This document shows, one piece after another, positions 8,991 to 21,657 of a stretch of 32,087 nt of DNA; position 1 is the stretch's first letter, and every line of letters starts with the position of its first letter. The notes under the pieces were generated by a model. It was not told the DNA's origin and did not search any database. It was given only the letters and a program-made list of their open reading frames with translations. The DNA is from Octopus bimaculoides (Eukaryota), in the NCBI RefSeq assembly GCF_001194135.2, contig NC_068984.1:21535423-21567509 (forward strand). Direction: 5' to 3'. The position numbers and the translations under genes were made by a program.

Positions 8991-9660
8991 GGGGTTAATG
9001 GACTCCCTTGATGGCTAGTAATAAGGAGTTACCTTGTTGATTGGAGGTAGAGGGCTCCCTTGCTGGTTTATAATAGAGGGCGGGTACCCTCATTCGAATT
9101 GTCTTCTCCATGCTTGTCCTAACGGTGCCCTACTTTCTAACTCGTTTACAATACTATGCATATCTAACCTAGAAATTATATTCCGCAGGTAACAATGCTT
9201 CTCTCTTTGCAGCATACAAAAGCAAAGTTCCTTCATTCGTCATTTATTGCTCTATATTAAAATATCATTTTCACCCCGAAGCAGTCACCAGGAAAGTCCA
9301 TAACATTTTACAACAACAATAGTTTGTCACTCACTCACTCTGCACTTTCGTAATGCCCCTCATTATTTCTCTTATTCTCGCCAACTTTCTCTCAGAATCA
9401 CACACAAAAAAAAAACAAGAAAAATATACCAACAACACAAGACGAAACTAACACAAAGCAAAAACGGTATATCATAGAATATAGTTAAATTCCCGCCCAC
9501 GAGTCACCACTCCTTTTCGATTTCTGCTTGAAACCATTTCACTTAATTTATGCCATTAATGTTCTTTGATAAAAAAGACAAAAAAACCCGAGAAAAGCGA
9601 AACGTTAATATTTCTATTTTCCGTCTCACAGAAACCTTTATCTTAGTGTCTGTAAAATAC

Positions 9661-9685
9661 ATTATTATTACTATTATTATTATTG

Positions 9686-9725
<40 letters not shown>

Positions 9726-9852
9726 CATTGATGTTGATGATGGAATATTGTATTGGAATTCAAAACGAGGGTGCGTTTTATTCACTAAGTACATATGATC
9801 GCGAGTGCAAGATTCAAGATTATGCCAGTCAATCGGTGCAGACAAAATGCTA

Positions 9853-9892
<40 letters not shown>

Positions 9893-9905
9893 AGATGTGT
9901 GTAAG

Positions 9906-9960
<55 letters not shown>
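9661..9960. repeat. Microsatellites (ATT)n 9661-9728, (TA)n 9856-9888, (TCTA)n 9905-9960
   Basis: Seen directly. Confidence 0.95.
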
Positions 9961-9961
<1 letters not shown>

Positions 9962-10186
9962 ATTTGTGTATGTATGTATGTGCACGTGTGTACGTATGCA
10001 TGTATTTGGATATAAACACACACGCCGCATTATATAAATACGTCTAATGAATGTATCTATATGTAATCGTTAGTTTCGTGTGTTTACACATGATTATTAT
10101 TAAGATAAACACGTGCCTGCGCGCGCACACATATACAAATACACTTATATATAAACACTTAAGTATACTTCTAATATCACCCCACC

Positions 10187-10188
<2 letters not shown>

Positions 10189-10241
<53 letters not shown>

Positions 10242-10251
10242 NNNNNNNNNN

Positions 10252-10326
<75 letters not shown>
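10189..10326. repeat. (CT)n microsatellite with a small gap
   Basis: Seen directly. Confidence 0.95.
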
Positions 10327-10670
10327 GTATGTAAAGTGATATATTCTGATAATGGTCATACATCGTACCTACAAGTTTCATACTTAGCATATATCAAATA
10401 ATCACCCGGCGAAAAAATTAACCAATTTGTAAAATATCAACACCATGTATGTGTCATTACGTTGACCTGGCATTTGGTTAAAAACTAGAAAGTGGCTAAT
10501 CTTATTCTATGTGAATATTGTCAGGGGTGAATTATTTACTTTGAGTAGTCAGAAGTAGTTGAGATAAAGGAGTTAAAAATGTATGACTAAGAAAGAGAAG
10601 AGAGGGAATAAAATCTGCTATATGGAAACGAGTAAGTTAAATAGTTGAAAGTATAAGGCATCAAATATTG

Positions 10671-10872
10671 ATTTCAAATTTTAACACAAGGACGACAATT
10701 TCGTGGGACAGGCTAAGTGACCCCAGTGTTCGACTGGTATTTATTTTATCGACCTCAAAAGCATGAAAGGCAAAGTCGCTCTCGGCAGCAGTTCAACACA
10801 GGAAGTAAAAACGACGAAATGCCGCTAAGCATTTTGCTCTGCGTGCTAACGTTTCGGCCAGTCCACCGCCTT
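10671..10872 (-). mobile_element. SINE copy, tail C variant
   Basis: Seen: gaccccagtgttcgactggtatttattttatcgacc...gacgaaatgccgctaagcattttg...gctaacgtttcggccagtccaccgcctt is the reverse of the SINE. Confidence 0.85.
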
Positions 10873-11251
10873 GTGAGGCAGCAGATATTAACTACGTTTG
10901 TATCTGATAGCGTCTGCATCAGGTTTCGCAACTGGGGTTCATATCGTCCTTAAGGGTCCATATAATATTTTGCTAAAATTTATGTGCAATAAATTGGTTA
11001 TATTCTAACAATACATAAAATATTTTAATTTTTTAATATAATTCTCAACAATATTTAATTATAAATATACGGCAAAATATTTTTGATATACAATGAAGAC
11101 TATGGAAGTCCAACAGAGTAAAAGAGGAACAAAGAGGGTCCATAATCAAAAAATGGTTGAGAACCACTGGTCAACACTTTGTAGGGTTTTAGCTGGTCTC
11201 CTCCGAGATTGCCATCCATTGCTGCCTGTCGGTTCTCAAATCACTGCAAAG

Positions 11252-11661
11252 TACATTACTGAACCAAATAATAATCTCGTTCCTCCATTCTCCTGTGCAA
11301 TATCAAAACGACAGGATTTGGCTGAATTTGTCATTGGCAAGCTGGAACACTATCATTAATCTCCAATCGTACTAGCGTTGGCAACAACGAGGTGGATAAC
11401 TTAATCCATTCTTCCTCCCCCCGCCTTACCAAAAGCCATTGACATTAGATCCAATAAAAGCTGCTAAGTTGGACATCATGATATCCAGTCAAGGTTCAAG
11501 CTATCCACCTCGTTGACGCCATTGCTAGCATGATTGGAGGTTAATGATAGTGCTCCAGCTGGCCAATGACAAATGAAGCCAAATGCTCAGGAACAATGCT
11601 GTCGGTTTTATGTTGTACAAGAGAATGGAGGAGCGAGATTGGCATTTGGTTCAGTAATGTA
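11252..11661. repeat. Imperfect inverted repeat: arms 11252-11402 and 11498-11661, 95-bp spacer
   Basis: Seen: tacattactgaaccaaat...tttgtcattggcaagctggaacactatcattaa...caacgaggtggataactt is mirrored on the opposite strand; the right arm has a short insertion. Confidence 0.9.
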
Positions 11662-13031
11662 GTTTGGTAATGTGTACAGGTGTATCTTGCACAAGTGATA
11701 AGGCATCGCTTTGACCCCGCGGAAGCATGTTTAACAGCAATAGATGAGTGCACCACCGGTTCCATAGGAGAGAGTAGATTGCATAAAAGCTGAAGTAGAT
11801 TAGTTAATGTGATGAGTTTTTTTTTTGTGGCTCTGGACCGGTCGGCAGAAATGATGACTCGAAACATACTATGTTGTTCCCTCTTCAAGGTGCTGAGCAT
11901 CCAGAACCTACGAAAATATGATAATTGTTTATCTGACGTTAAATTTTCCATTGTGATGCATGTCTGTGTATATGATTCTATTCATGTGATACTAATTGAG
12001 GTTCATTCTATGATGAAGCTAGAAATGTCATACACTCAGTATAATCGTGAACGATGATTTAGATCTAGTATTTCAACACCATATTGCAGTATCCTTGACG
12101 TACATCACAACGTACTTGAAATAAATAATTCTTCTCATTGTGGGACCTGACTTTGATGCGAGTGCGTTCGTGGTTAGCCTTTATCACGTTGAACAACTTA
12201 GGCGACTTACCGTCCAATTCACGAATCTTTCAAAGGCTTATCAATGCAATGCAGCAAAATCAATAGCGAAGTCAACAAAAGCAATGATTTTCGGCTGTGA
12301 AAAGACATGTCTAAAACATCGGTGAGCTAACAGCTGGTGCATCAAAGAGTGTATTATTATAAAATACAGTGGGATCAGGAGTATTTGTTAGCAGATTAAA
12401 ATTGAAGAGGTATATAGAAATAGTATGATTATTCTAGATAAATAGTTAAGTGCTGAGACATTTTGCTGCATGGAAACGAGCATGAGAAGACAAAGATTTG
12501 AAAATGTTTAAAAGTGTATTTTATTAACAATAGTGAAAACGGAAACGGTGTGCGCTTGTTTCTGGTAAATAATAGTTAAACAGTAGGGTTATGCACTTCA
12601 AGAAGTATTTGTCGAAGTGGTTACATTTTGTGGCGATTGCAGATCTGATATTTTTAGAGTGTGCAGATTTATTATGATTTTTAATCTGCCGAGGATTTCC
12701 CTCTTTATGTTTAAAGCAGTACCATTTCCAACAAACTCTAGGCATAATTATATAGCTTTGTTTTATTCTCTTTTCTAAATTTCTCAAGGAAGTAGAATGA
12801 TAGAAGTATCCTTGTTAAAATATGCCTTCTATCGTGATAGTGTTTGCATAAGACTTTAAGGATTAGTGGATGTGACATTTGATTCATATGCACACATACA
12901 CATGCACATACATACACACGCTTGCGCACGCGTGCTCTTTGGCGCATATGTATATAGTTGCTTCAACATTGCATGACTTGATATGAGTGCATGCATTTTC
13001 ATATCTTCATGTACATTTGTCCTGAGTTAAA

Positions 13032-13256
13032 AAGACGGCAAGATGGCAGAAACGTTAGCACGCCGGGCGAAATGCTTAGCGGTATTTTGTCTGTCTTTAT
13101 GTTCTGAGTTCAAATTCCGTCGAGGTTGACTTTGTCTTTCATCTTGTTGTGATGGATAAATTAAGTACCAGTTGCGTACTGGGGTCGATCTAATCGATCG
13201 GACCCTTCCCCCAAAATTTCGGGCCTTGTGCCTAGAGTAGAAAAGAATATGTTATT
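13032..13256 (+). mobile_element. Intact full-length tRNA-derived SINE (empty-site reference), tail A
   Basis: Seen: A-box-like tggcagaaacgtt (13044-13056), uninterrupted gcttagcggtat (13074-13085), B-box-like gagttcaaattcc (13106-13118), body and ggccttgtgcc tail. Confidence 0.9.
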
Positions 13257-13551
13257 AAGTTCGCATGTTGGTAATACAACTGTAATTCTATGGCATAGTT
13301 TTCAGTATCAGTAGTTCATTGAGAAATGCATATTTATTACAATTTTACTTACTTTAACGAGAAAAGATGTGTAAACTAGATAATGTTGCGGTGTTCCACA
13401 CTACTGAATGATGGGTTTGGGCGGTTTAAGAGTACATGATATCCTAATTTCGACACACACACACACATGTTGGCTGTCTACTCGTTAGACGAGCATGACC
13501 ATCGCTGACGTGTTGAGGTGTTAAGTGTCAGCAATGCCCATGCAAAAGTTT

Positions 13552-14230
13552 TAAACCGATTGCAGCTTGCACGGCACCACAACGACTCTCACTAAAATAC
13601 GAAGAAGTTCAGAGACAAGCAAAGTGTAAGATATCCGGGTCAGTTGAAGAATGGGTTTTATATACGAGTTAGCCTTCTCCAAGAAGAATGCTTTGACAAA
13701 GACCAGGTGACCCTCATTCCCAGTCGGCTTACTGTGCTTTTGGACACCAACTTGAGTATTTCTACGTCCTGCCGATTACATACATACATACATACATATC
13801 CGGGTGTTGGTGGTTTGTCAGGTAGTTTTGGAGGAATTTGTTCCAGTACCATTTAAATACTATGGGGGAATTTTCTTCTTTCATTTGTGTCGGGATTGCA
13901 TTGAATAAAACAGGACCAGTCGAGGAATAACCCCTCCCCCAGTTATATAGCAATGTCGTTATGCGATGTGAACTCAATTTTTGTAGGGACCGTTAAGGCC
14001 CAGGTGCCCAACCTAATGTGGTTTGTAAACTTGATACTCGCTTCATTTGGACAATATTGATGGGATATTTTCCACGTAGTACAAATAATATTGCGCTCGA
14101 GATGGTTTCGATGAGAATAGTTTTAGCTTTTTAAGGAAATTCCAGTAAGCAAAGTCTGTCATATTAGTTATCAATTCTTTTTGTAATTTGCTTCTAAGAT
14201 GCAGCAGTTCTGGTACTGTTTCGTTTCGTA
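13552..14230 (-). mobile_element. CR1/L2-group LINE 3' fragment (ORF2 C-terminus and 3' UTR), decayed
   Basis: Seen across frames: MTDFAYWNFLKKLKLFS, GPVLFNAIP, VFK, PDKPPTPGY. Established: resembles the YW.RL..L.L.S / GP.LFN.LP / PD.P..PGY C-terminus of CR1-group ORF2. Confidence 0.65.
13641..13795 (+). mobile_element. 155-bp 5'-truncated retrocopy with (TACA)n tail and perfect 10-bp TSD
   Basis: Seen: atatccgggt at 13631-13640 and 13796-13805; the insert ends ccgattacatacatacatacatac and interrupts the PGY codons of the CR1 fragment. Confidence 0.8.
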
Positions 14231-15574
14231 TAGAAAAACGACAGAAAGAAACAATGTTCAAATCGAGAACGAGTAAAAGTAGAGAAAAGAAGGTTGGTGG
14301 CATCAGGATCATTTGGCTGTAAGTTATAAGATTCTAAGAACACATTCTGCAGGCAATATCAACCTAATTGTTGATGTGTGCTTAGGTTGTAGTCGACATT
14401 GTGTATTTATTTCTAATATATTATATATTTATACTGCTGATACATTTATATATATACATGTATTATATGTACACATACGCATACATAAATCAAAGTAATT
14501 ATATTACAGTTTTTAGCCTTTGGTGGTAAATCTTTAAATATAAGTGAACAGATCATGTTCTCTAGCGATTGCCTCGGCATATTTCACGGTCCATTGACAA
14601 TCATCAGAAATTAGGTATTCCCCATTCCACTATCACCACGGAAGAGACGCTTAAAATAATAATAAAAAATAAGCTTAGAAACTGGTTACTATAAATTCAT
14701 TTAGGTTGTTTCTGTGCACTATGTGTGTGCATAAATATTAAATACATGACGTGCTAATTTATCTAACAGATACAGCTAAGTTCTAGCTTGTGTCTGACTT
14801 CAATAGCGATTTCCTTTAAGCTCTCCGCGTAGTCAGAAGAATAAGCTTAAAAAACGTTTGGCATGAAAGTCTACATGAATTCATTTAATATAAAAAAGCA
14901 ACACAGACACCAAATTTATTCACTTCTTGAAAATGAGACTGTGAAGGTCTGGAAACGTCGAATACGAATTTAAGAACTTTATTATGCCAAACAAACAGTA
15001 AAAAAACTGATAACACGAATAATCAAAAACATGAACACAGTCGTGTAGTCAATGAAACACACATGTAAAATGTATATAAACTTAGTGCATATTCACGCGT
15101 ATACATACATACATACATGCATACATACATAAACACACATACATATACGTGTATATGAATATGTACATGCATACATACGTATGTTCTTACTCATGCACAT
15201 CCATCCATCCATACACGTATATATACGCACACACATACACGCACATTTCCATGTGGGAGTTGGTATGCGCTCGCACGTGCACACATACGCACCCACCCAC
15301 ACATATATAAATACCAATACACACACATATGTATGTGTGTGCGTATCGGCATGTATGTGTGTCTGGAAGTTATGAAACAAATTGCTTTCCCGAACGACAG
15401 TTTCTCTCCGAATCCTGCACGAGTGCAATGCGGACGCCATAATTGCTTTCTTTGAAACGACTGCCAAATTACAGCAAATAACCACGTTGCTTACTATGCC
15501 GTTTCTAATTGCTTTACTGTTTCACAAAATATATGCTCCTTCCTTCCAGCTTCTGATTAACTTCATAATTCCAT

Positions 15575-15735
15575 TTTCTTTCTTTCTTTCTCTCTCTCTC
15601 TCTTTCTTTCTTTCTCTCTCTCTTTCTTTCTTTCTCTCTCTCTTTCTTTCTCTCTCTCTCTTTATTTCTTTCTTTCTCTCACTTTCCTTCTTTCTTTCTT
15701 GCTTTCTCCCCCTTCTTTCTTTCTTTCTTTCTTAC
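15575..15735. repeat. (CTTT)n/(CT)n polypyrimidine compound microsatellite
   Basis: Seen directly. Confidence 0.9.
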
Positions 15736-16664
15736 CGTTTTCTGTTTTTTAGTTTTTTCTTGCTATATTTCATTTTCTCTTGCTTTTTCATGTTTTCTGT
15801 TTTCTTTCTTACTTTATTCACTTCTCTCTCGCCCCCGTAATTTTGTTTGTTTCTTGCCCATTTTTTGTCTATCATTTTCTATCTGTCTAGCTACCTAGCT
15901 TCCTTGTTAGCTATCTATCTACCTATCTAACTGCTTTTTGTTTGTTTGTCTGTCTTTCATTGTTTCTCTCTTTCTATCATCTTTTTCTCTTTCTTGTCGA
16001 ACATTTTTTAGCCGCTCTTTGTTGTTATGTTAACAATCTTTTCAGAAAGATCTACTGTTTCGTGTATATTCATGTGACATAAAGGAATTACGATGATGCC
16101 TGAACGACTGCTGATGTTCTAGAAACCTCAAATGGATCTCCTGGCTTAGGAGATATTTTCTAGGTAAGTTAGTGAAACTTAGGTCAGATGATACATAGTT
16201 CATGTTTATGTTATTTGGTGTTATGGTGTTTCCATAGTTCTGTCTTCGTTGTTTGGCTGTAGGAGCTGAAATGTGGTTATATTTTGTTTTTGTTGTCGTT
16301 GGTCTCCTCTGTTGCTGTTTATATTTATTCTTCGATCGTTTTGTGCCTTCAGATAGTGGTGGTTGCATTCTGGGTTCAAACACATCCTTAGTGACACAGA
16401 CGCTTGGAACAGTTTAGGATCGAAGAAAGTGCATCCATTGCCTTTTGTGCATCCATATTTAGGATCAGGGCCATGGACTCTATATTTAGGACAGTATTTG
16501 AGTGGAGGTGAGGGAAGTATTTTCCCGTTATACCATATGGACAGATGCCCTTAACAAGTCTACGGCATAAGGTAGGATGGGAAAAATATATGTAATATAC
16601 ATATATATCAAATATTAATATGTATATTAATGTAATACTATTACAAATTTGGGATTTTACCAAC

Positions 16665-16992
16665 AGAACTGCAACTCCTATTTCAGGACAACCTTATTGT
16701 CTGGAATACACGTAAGAAGTTATATCCTTTATGATAATAGAATAATATAAGCATTTTAAATTCCTACTATAAAGTACAATGAAATTATTTAAAAAAACCT
16801 ATTTATAAAATATTTGAAAAATATATATACCTTACCTGTTATTAGTCTGTGGGGAAAGATGTTTTTAATCAACGCTACACGTGTTTCTGCGCTGGTGGTG
16901 TATTTTTCCAGGCTATACCTATTACATAACTCCACCAGTGCGTCCTCAGGCTATTTATCTTATTGTTATTATTATTAATGGATCAAAGTTAA
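16665..16992 (-). repeat. Left (inverted) pseudo-LTR
   Basis: Seen: reverse complement of 19157-19470 with substitutions and small indels. Confidence 0.9.
16865..16958 (-). ncRNA. Candidate type I minimal hammerhead ribozyme in the pLTR (decayed second copy at about 19190-19280, +)
   Basis: Seen (minus): CUGAGGA, stem II CUGGUGG/CCACCAG, GAAA, C-ACGU-G, UA. Stem I is weak and the pair closing stem II is C.A. The right copy has GTAA instead of GAAA. Established: PLE pLTRs carry minimal hammerheads with palindromic stem III. Confidence 0.5.
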
Positions 16993-16999
16993 CTGCACT

Positions 17000-18305
17000 A
17001 ATAGATCATCAGAAAATATAAAGAAAAAAACTATACAAATTCTTTAAGAATTATGGTTTAGATATATTTATAGAGAAAAATCATTCTGTGGTTAACTACC
17101 CAAATGCAAACCTAAACTTAGTAACGAATTGAATCCAACCATTCCATAAATTAAACGAGAACCTTAAGTACATTAATGCTCAGAGCAACCATCCTAGCTC
17201 AGTCCAAAAAGCACTAATAGAAAATATAAGTAAAAGAATTTCTATGCTATCCTCGGATATAGATGCTTTCAATAAACACGCCCCTTACTATAATATTGCA
17301 TTAAAAGAAGCAGGATATAATACGAAAATTAAATTCTATAATAATTACGGACCCAACAAAAATAATAGGAATCATCCTAACGCCCAAACCAAATATAGAA
17401 GTAATAGCAAAGATAATAATAATCAATATAAGGAAATAAATATAGAAAATTATAATATACGTATAAATAAAAATAACAAAAATGATCATAGTAATGATAA
17501 TACCAAAAATAATTCGAATGGAAATAAGCGTAATTATTATATACCCACGAAGAATACACTGACAATGAACAACAATCATAAGATGAATAATAATAATAGT
17601 AATATTAATAATAATAACAAAGAAATTATATGGTTAATTATCCCTTATGGGGTCCAAATAAAAACTAACTTAAAGAAATTCTGAACATAATAAAACATCC
17701 TTTAAAAAGAACAAAACGTACTAACTATCAGAGTGGGCTACTCCACAACAAGAATTGTTAGTAATATTATATCCTCTATAAACAATGTCAAATTAAATAT
17801 ATTTTATAATAACAATTTAACTAATATTAAGAATAGTTACGGAAGAAATATAATAAACAAAAAACATAACCGTATTTTAAATAAATGTACATTTAAAGGT
17901 AAATCCAAATGTAAGCTTAATAATAATAATTGCAACCTAGATAATGTAATTTATAAATGTACTGTAAACTCTAATAATAACAATAAGAAGAAAGAATATA
18001 TAGGATCCACAGCGAATGAAATTTAAAAAATTTCCCAGGATTATCAATCCTTCAAAAATCCCAAATTAATGAATTCGACAGGTCTTAGTAAATACATATG
18101 GGAGCTGAAATCTGAGAACATAGAATACATCCTTAATTGGAATATCATTAGTAGAGCGAAGTCATATAGAATAGGTAATAAAATGTGCTTATTATGCAAA
18201 AATGAGTTTATGAAAATACTCCAGTCGAGAGAGGTATTAATGAAGAGTATTGAAGAGAGAGGAAAAAATGCCGACATAATAATAACTTCACGTATAATAA
18301 AATGA
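17000..18305 (+). pseudogene. PLE polyprotein remnant: RT thumb, Cys-rich linker, GIY-YIG endonuclease
   Basis: Seen: YINAQSNHP, RISMLSS, ALKEAGY, IIWLIIPY, KCTFKGKSKCKLNNNNC, VIYKCTV...EYIGSTANE, NSTGLSKYIWELK, WNIISRAKSY, CLLCKNE. Stops and frameshifts present. Confidence 0.9.
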
Positions 18306-18650
18306 AAAATATATAAAATTATAATCCCGCCCTAGAATGTAATCTCTTAAACATTTATAAAGAAGACAGTTAAATGTAGTTATAATAGTATTATATAATA
18401 GTATTAGATACAGATATACCAAGAACTAAGAATATATTTAAAGAATATTACTTAAAGGAATAGACAGCCCACACTTATTATAATATAAATCTCTAAATCA
18501 TAAACGCTAGAAAAAAATCCAGCAAATATAGCAAGATTGTAGAGTATCTTGTTATTATCTCACCTTGAATTCAATCTCTCTAATATTATTAGTCTTTGGG
18601 AATTTTTCAGAGTAGTCTATTTTATTGATGTTATTCCCATAATACTTAGC

Positions 18651-18690
18651 GCACGATAGAGGGAACAGCACGATAGAGGGAACAGCACAG
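18651..18690. repeat. 17-bp tandem duplication in the PLE 3' region
   Basis: Seen: gcacgatagagggaaca twice plus a partial third unit. Confidence 0.85.
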
Positions 18691-19156
18691 GAACAAGGAG
18701 TACACATTATGTTGATAGGTATTCTTCCTTTGTTAATTTGGTTTACTAGGTTCATTTACTAGTTTTATTCAAAATTTTATAACGTATATAGAGGTTTTTA
18801 TTTATAAGTACAATTAATTTACATTTGACATAAAAATGGTAATTTATACTTGTATAGATAGGGGTAAATCTTACACTAAATTATTAATTTCCATAATGTT
18901 TATATAGATAAGTAGTGGAATTTTGATGTGTTTATAATATAGTCGTCGAGAGCTACTTTATGCTTAACATTTTCTAGATATATCGGTATTGTATTTTTAG
19001 GTGTTTAATTTTATTAATCTTTATCAATTTGTTAATTTTAATTTTTTTAAAATTTAAAAATTTAGAAATTAAAAAAATATATTTGTAAATTATACATTTT
19101 TATTATATTTTTATTTATATTATTTTTCTATTTAATATGTATTAGAATATGTAATT

Positions 19157-19470
19157 TTAACTTTGATCCGTTAATAATAATAACAATAAGATAAATAGCC
19201 TGAGGACGCACTGGTGGAGTTATGTAATAGCCTGAAAAAACACACCGCCAAGGCAGTAACACGTGTAGCGTTGATTAAAAATATCTTCTTTCCCCACAGA
19301 GTAATAACAGGTAAGATGTATATATTTTTTCAAATATTTTATACATAAGATTTTAAAATAATTTTATTGTACTTTTTAGTAGGTTTTAAAATGCTTATAT
19401 TGCTTTATTATTATATAGGATATGTGTATTCCAGACAATAAGGTTGTCCTGAAATAGGAGTTGCAGTTCT
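19157..19470 (+). repeat. Right pseudo-LTR
   Basis: Seen: see left copy; the outer end abuts gap 19471-19570. Confidence 0.9.
19311..19382 (+). other. Predicted 72-nt GT-AG intron within the pLTR (mirror copy 16764-16835, minus strand)
   Basis: Seen: CAG|GTAAGA...ttgtactttttagtAG|G, and in the other copy CAG|GTAAGG...ttgtactttatagtAG|G; both 72 nt, followed 8-9 nt later by ATG. Confidence 0.55.
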
Positions 19471-19904
19471 NNNNNNNNNNNNNNNNNNNNNNNNNNNNNN
19501 NNNNNNNNNNNNNNNNNNNNNNNNNNNNNNNNNNNNNNNNNNNNNNNNNNNNNNNNNNNNNNNNNNNNNNAGGGATTGCTTAGTATAAAATAAGAATTAG
19601 AGGCATGATAACATTCACTATGAGAAAGATAGAGACAACAATGGTGGAATCTTGAATATAGCGTAGGACACACACACATATATATATGCAGTTATTTTTA
19701 ATTGAGTACTTTTTTATTAAACTTTTACACGGAAAAAGTTTACAGTAACTTAGCCATCGTCAAACTGTCGGAGCCGAAACTTCTAGCTTAAACTTCGAAA
19801 TCACTGTCAATCTTTTCCATACACGCACGCAGGCACGCACACACATGCATACAGGTATACATGCACATTTGTAAATACGTATATATTATATTTACATAAA
19901 ATAT

Positions 19905-20005
19905 GCATACGAATATGTGTTTATGTATATATTCATATATCTATTTATATATATAAATCTCTATATATATATATCTATTTATATATATAAATCTCTATAT
20001 ATATA

Positions 20006-20043
<38 letters not shown>

Positions 20044-21574
20044 AATATATTTATATATATATATAAATATATATATATATGTATTTATATATATATTAAT
20101 ATATTTAGATATATATATATATATGTATTTATATATATTTATATATGTACACACACACACACATATATTATATTGGTATATACATGCATATATATATATT
20201 TATGTATATATTTATGTATATATGTATATATTTATGTATATATATGTATATATTTATGTATATATATATATATATTTATGTATATATTTATATATATATT
20301 TATATATATCTATCTATCTATATACATTTTTAACATACGTATGTTTGTATATATATATATATATATATATGCGTGCATGTGTGCGTGCATGTGTAATTAT
20401 GCATGTGTGTTTTGTGACTGTTCATTTGTTACTGCGTGTGTATATTGGTGGTGGGAATATGTATGTCTATGTNNNNNNNNNNNNNNNNNNNNNNNNNNNN
20501 NNNNNNNNNNNNNNNNNNNNNNNNNNNNNTATATATATATATATATATATATGCTTCTTGTGTAGACATTATATAATGTATATGAGTGTATATATTTGCA
20601 TGTACCAAGCTCAGACACGCACTTATTAACATACATATATATTTATCTATCTATATATATATGATTATCTCACTTCCTCTCTTCATAGATGTATACACAG
20701 TCAACACACATATACTTATGCATGTATATATATATACACACATATCGATACATGCATGTATATGTTTACGTATCTAAGCCAAATATAAACATGTATTCAT
20801 GTTCTGTTTTTATGTGCATTCGCACTTGCGCACACATACATAAGCTTATATGACATTAGCGGTGTTCACATATAACAAACATGCGTATACGCACTCACAC
20901 ACACACACGGTAACACACACTGATACACATGTATGAATGCATCAGCTCAACACCGCTCATGATTACACTGAGCATTTATAAACAAACGTTTGGTAAACAT
21001 GCGCACGAAGAATATCTCAAATATAACAATGTTAAAATACAGTAGCAGGTAGAAAATAAAATATATAGATAACAATATCAAAAACAAACAAAAATATGCA
21101 TTTTAGAAAGATCAAATCGCCATAAACTTTTGTAAAATACAAGAGAGATAGATAGACAGATATATAGGTAAATAGAAAAAGAGGGAGAGATAGCAAACTA
21201 AAAGAAAAAGAAAATAATTTGAAGTGATATTCGAAAAATAGATTGCAAAACAAAACTCTCCAACAAAAGAGTTAAAAAGGCGCAAAATCTGGAGCAAAAA
21301 AAAAAAAAAAAAGAGTAAAATTAAGGAAAATTCTATCAGAAAATGTTACAAAAATTTTTTTACAAAATCAGAAGGAAAGTATTTGGTTAAAGCTCAACAT
21401 GTAGAGAAAAATATTGTTTTCTAACTCTAAGATAATTTTTAAATCATTTAAAAAATATCTCCATTTTTTTAAAATTCAGTTTTCATTTCGTAAAATTTAT
21501 GCGGCTTCCACTTCACCTCCATGATATTACGCATTTATTTACATAATGTTAGCATGCAGTAGGTCATTAATTGC

Positions 21575-21605
<31 letters not shown>

Positions 21606-21621
21606 TACACGCGCACACAAG

Positions 21622-21657
<36 letters not shown>

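Larger units (their letters stand above)
16665..19470 (+). mobile_element. Penelope-like element (PLE): 5'-truncated RT-GIY-YIG body flanked by inverted pseudo-LTRs
   Basis: Seen: coding remnant 17000-18305; 16665-16992 is the reverse complement of 19157-19470. The right end runs into a gap. Established: inverted pLTRs are a PLE hallmark. Confidence 0.9.

Noticed and set aside
11700-12350. hAT-like transposase remnant (CDEFFFVALDRS resembling C..FSLALDES; LVHQ resembling IHQ)
   Set aside because: Only two short, degenerate motifs in broken frames, with no TIR or TSD; needs a profile search.
13032-13120. tRNA gene
   Set aside because: A- and B-box-like motifs are present, but there is no convincing cloverleaf and the sequence continues into a repeated body and tail, so it is a SINE head.
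16388-16663. Similarity of the minus-strand ORF (LHSNTVLNI) to 447-722 (LHSNVLNI)
   Set aside because: Too short, with no flanking alignment; probably chance.
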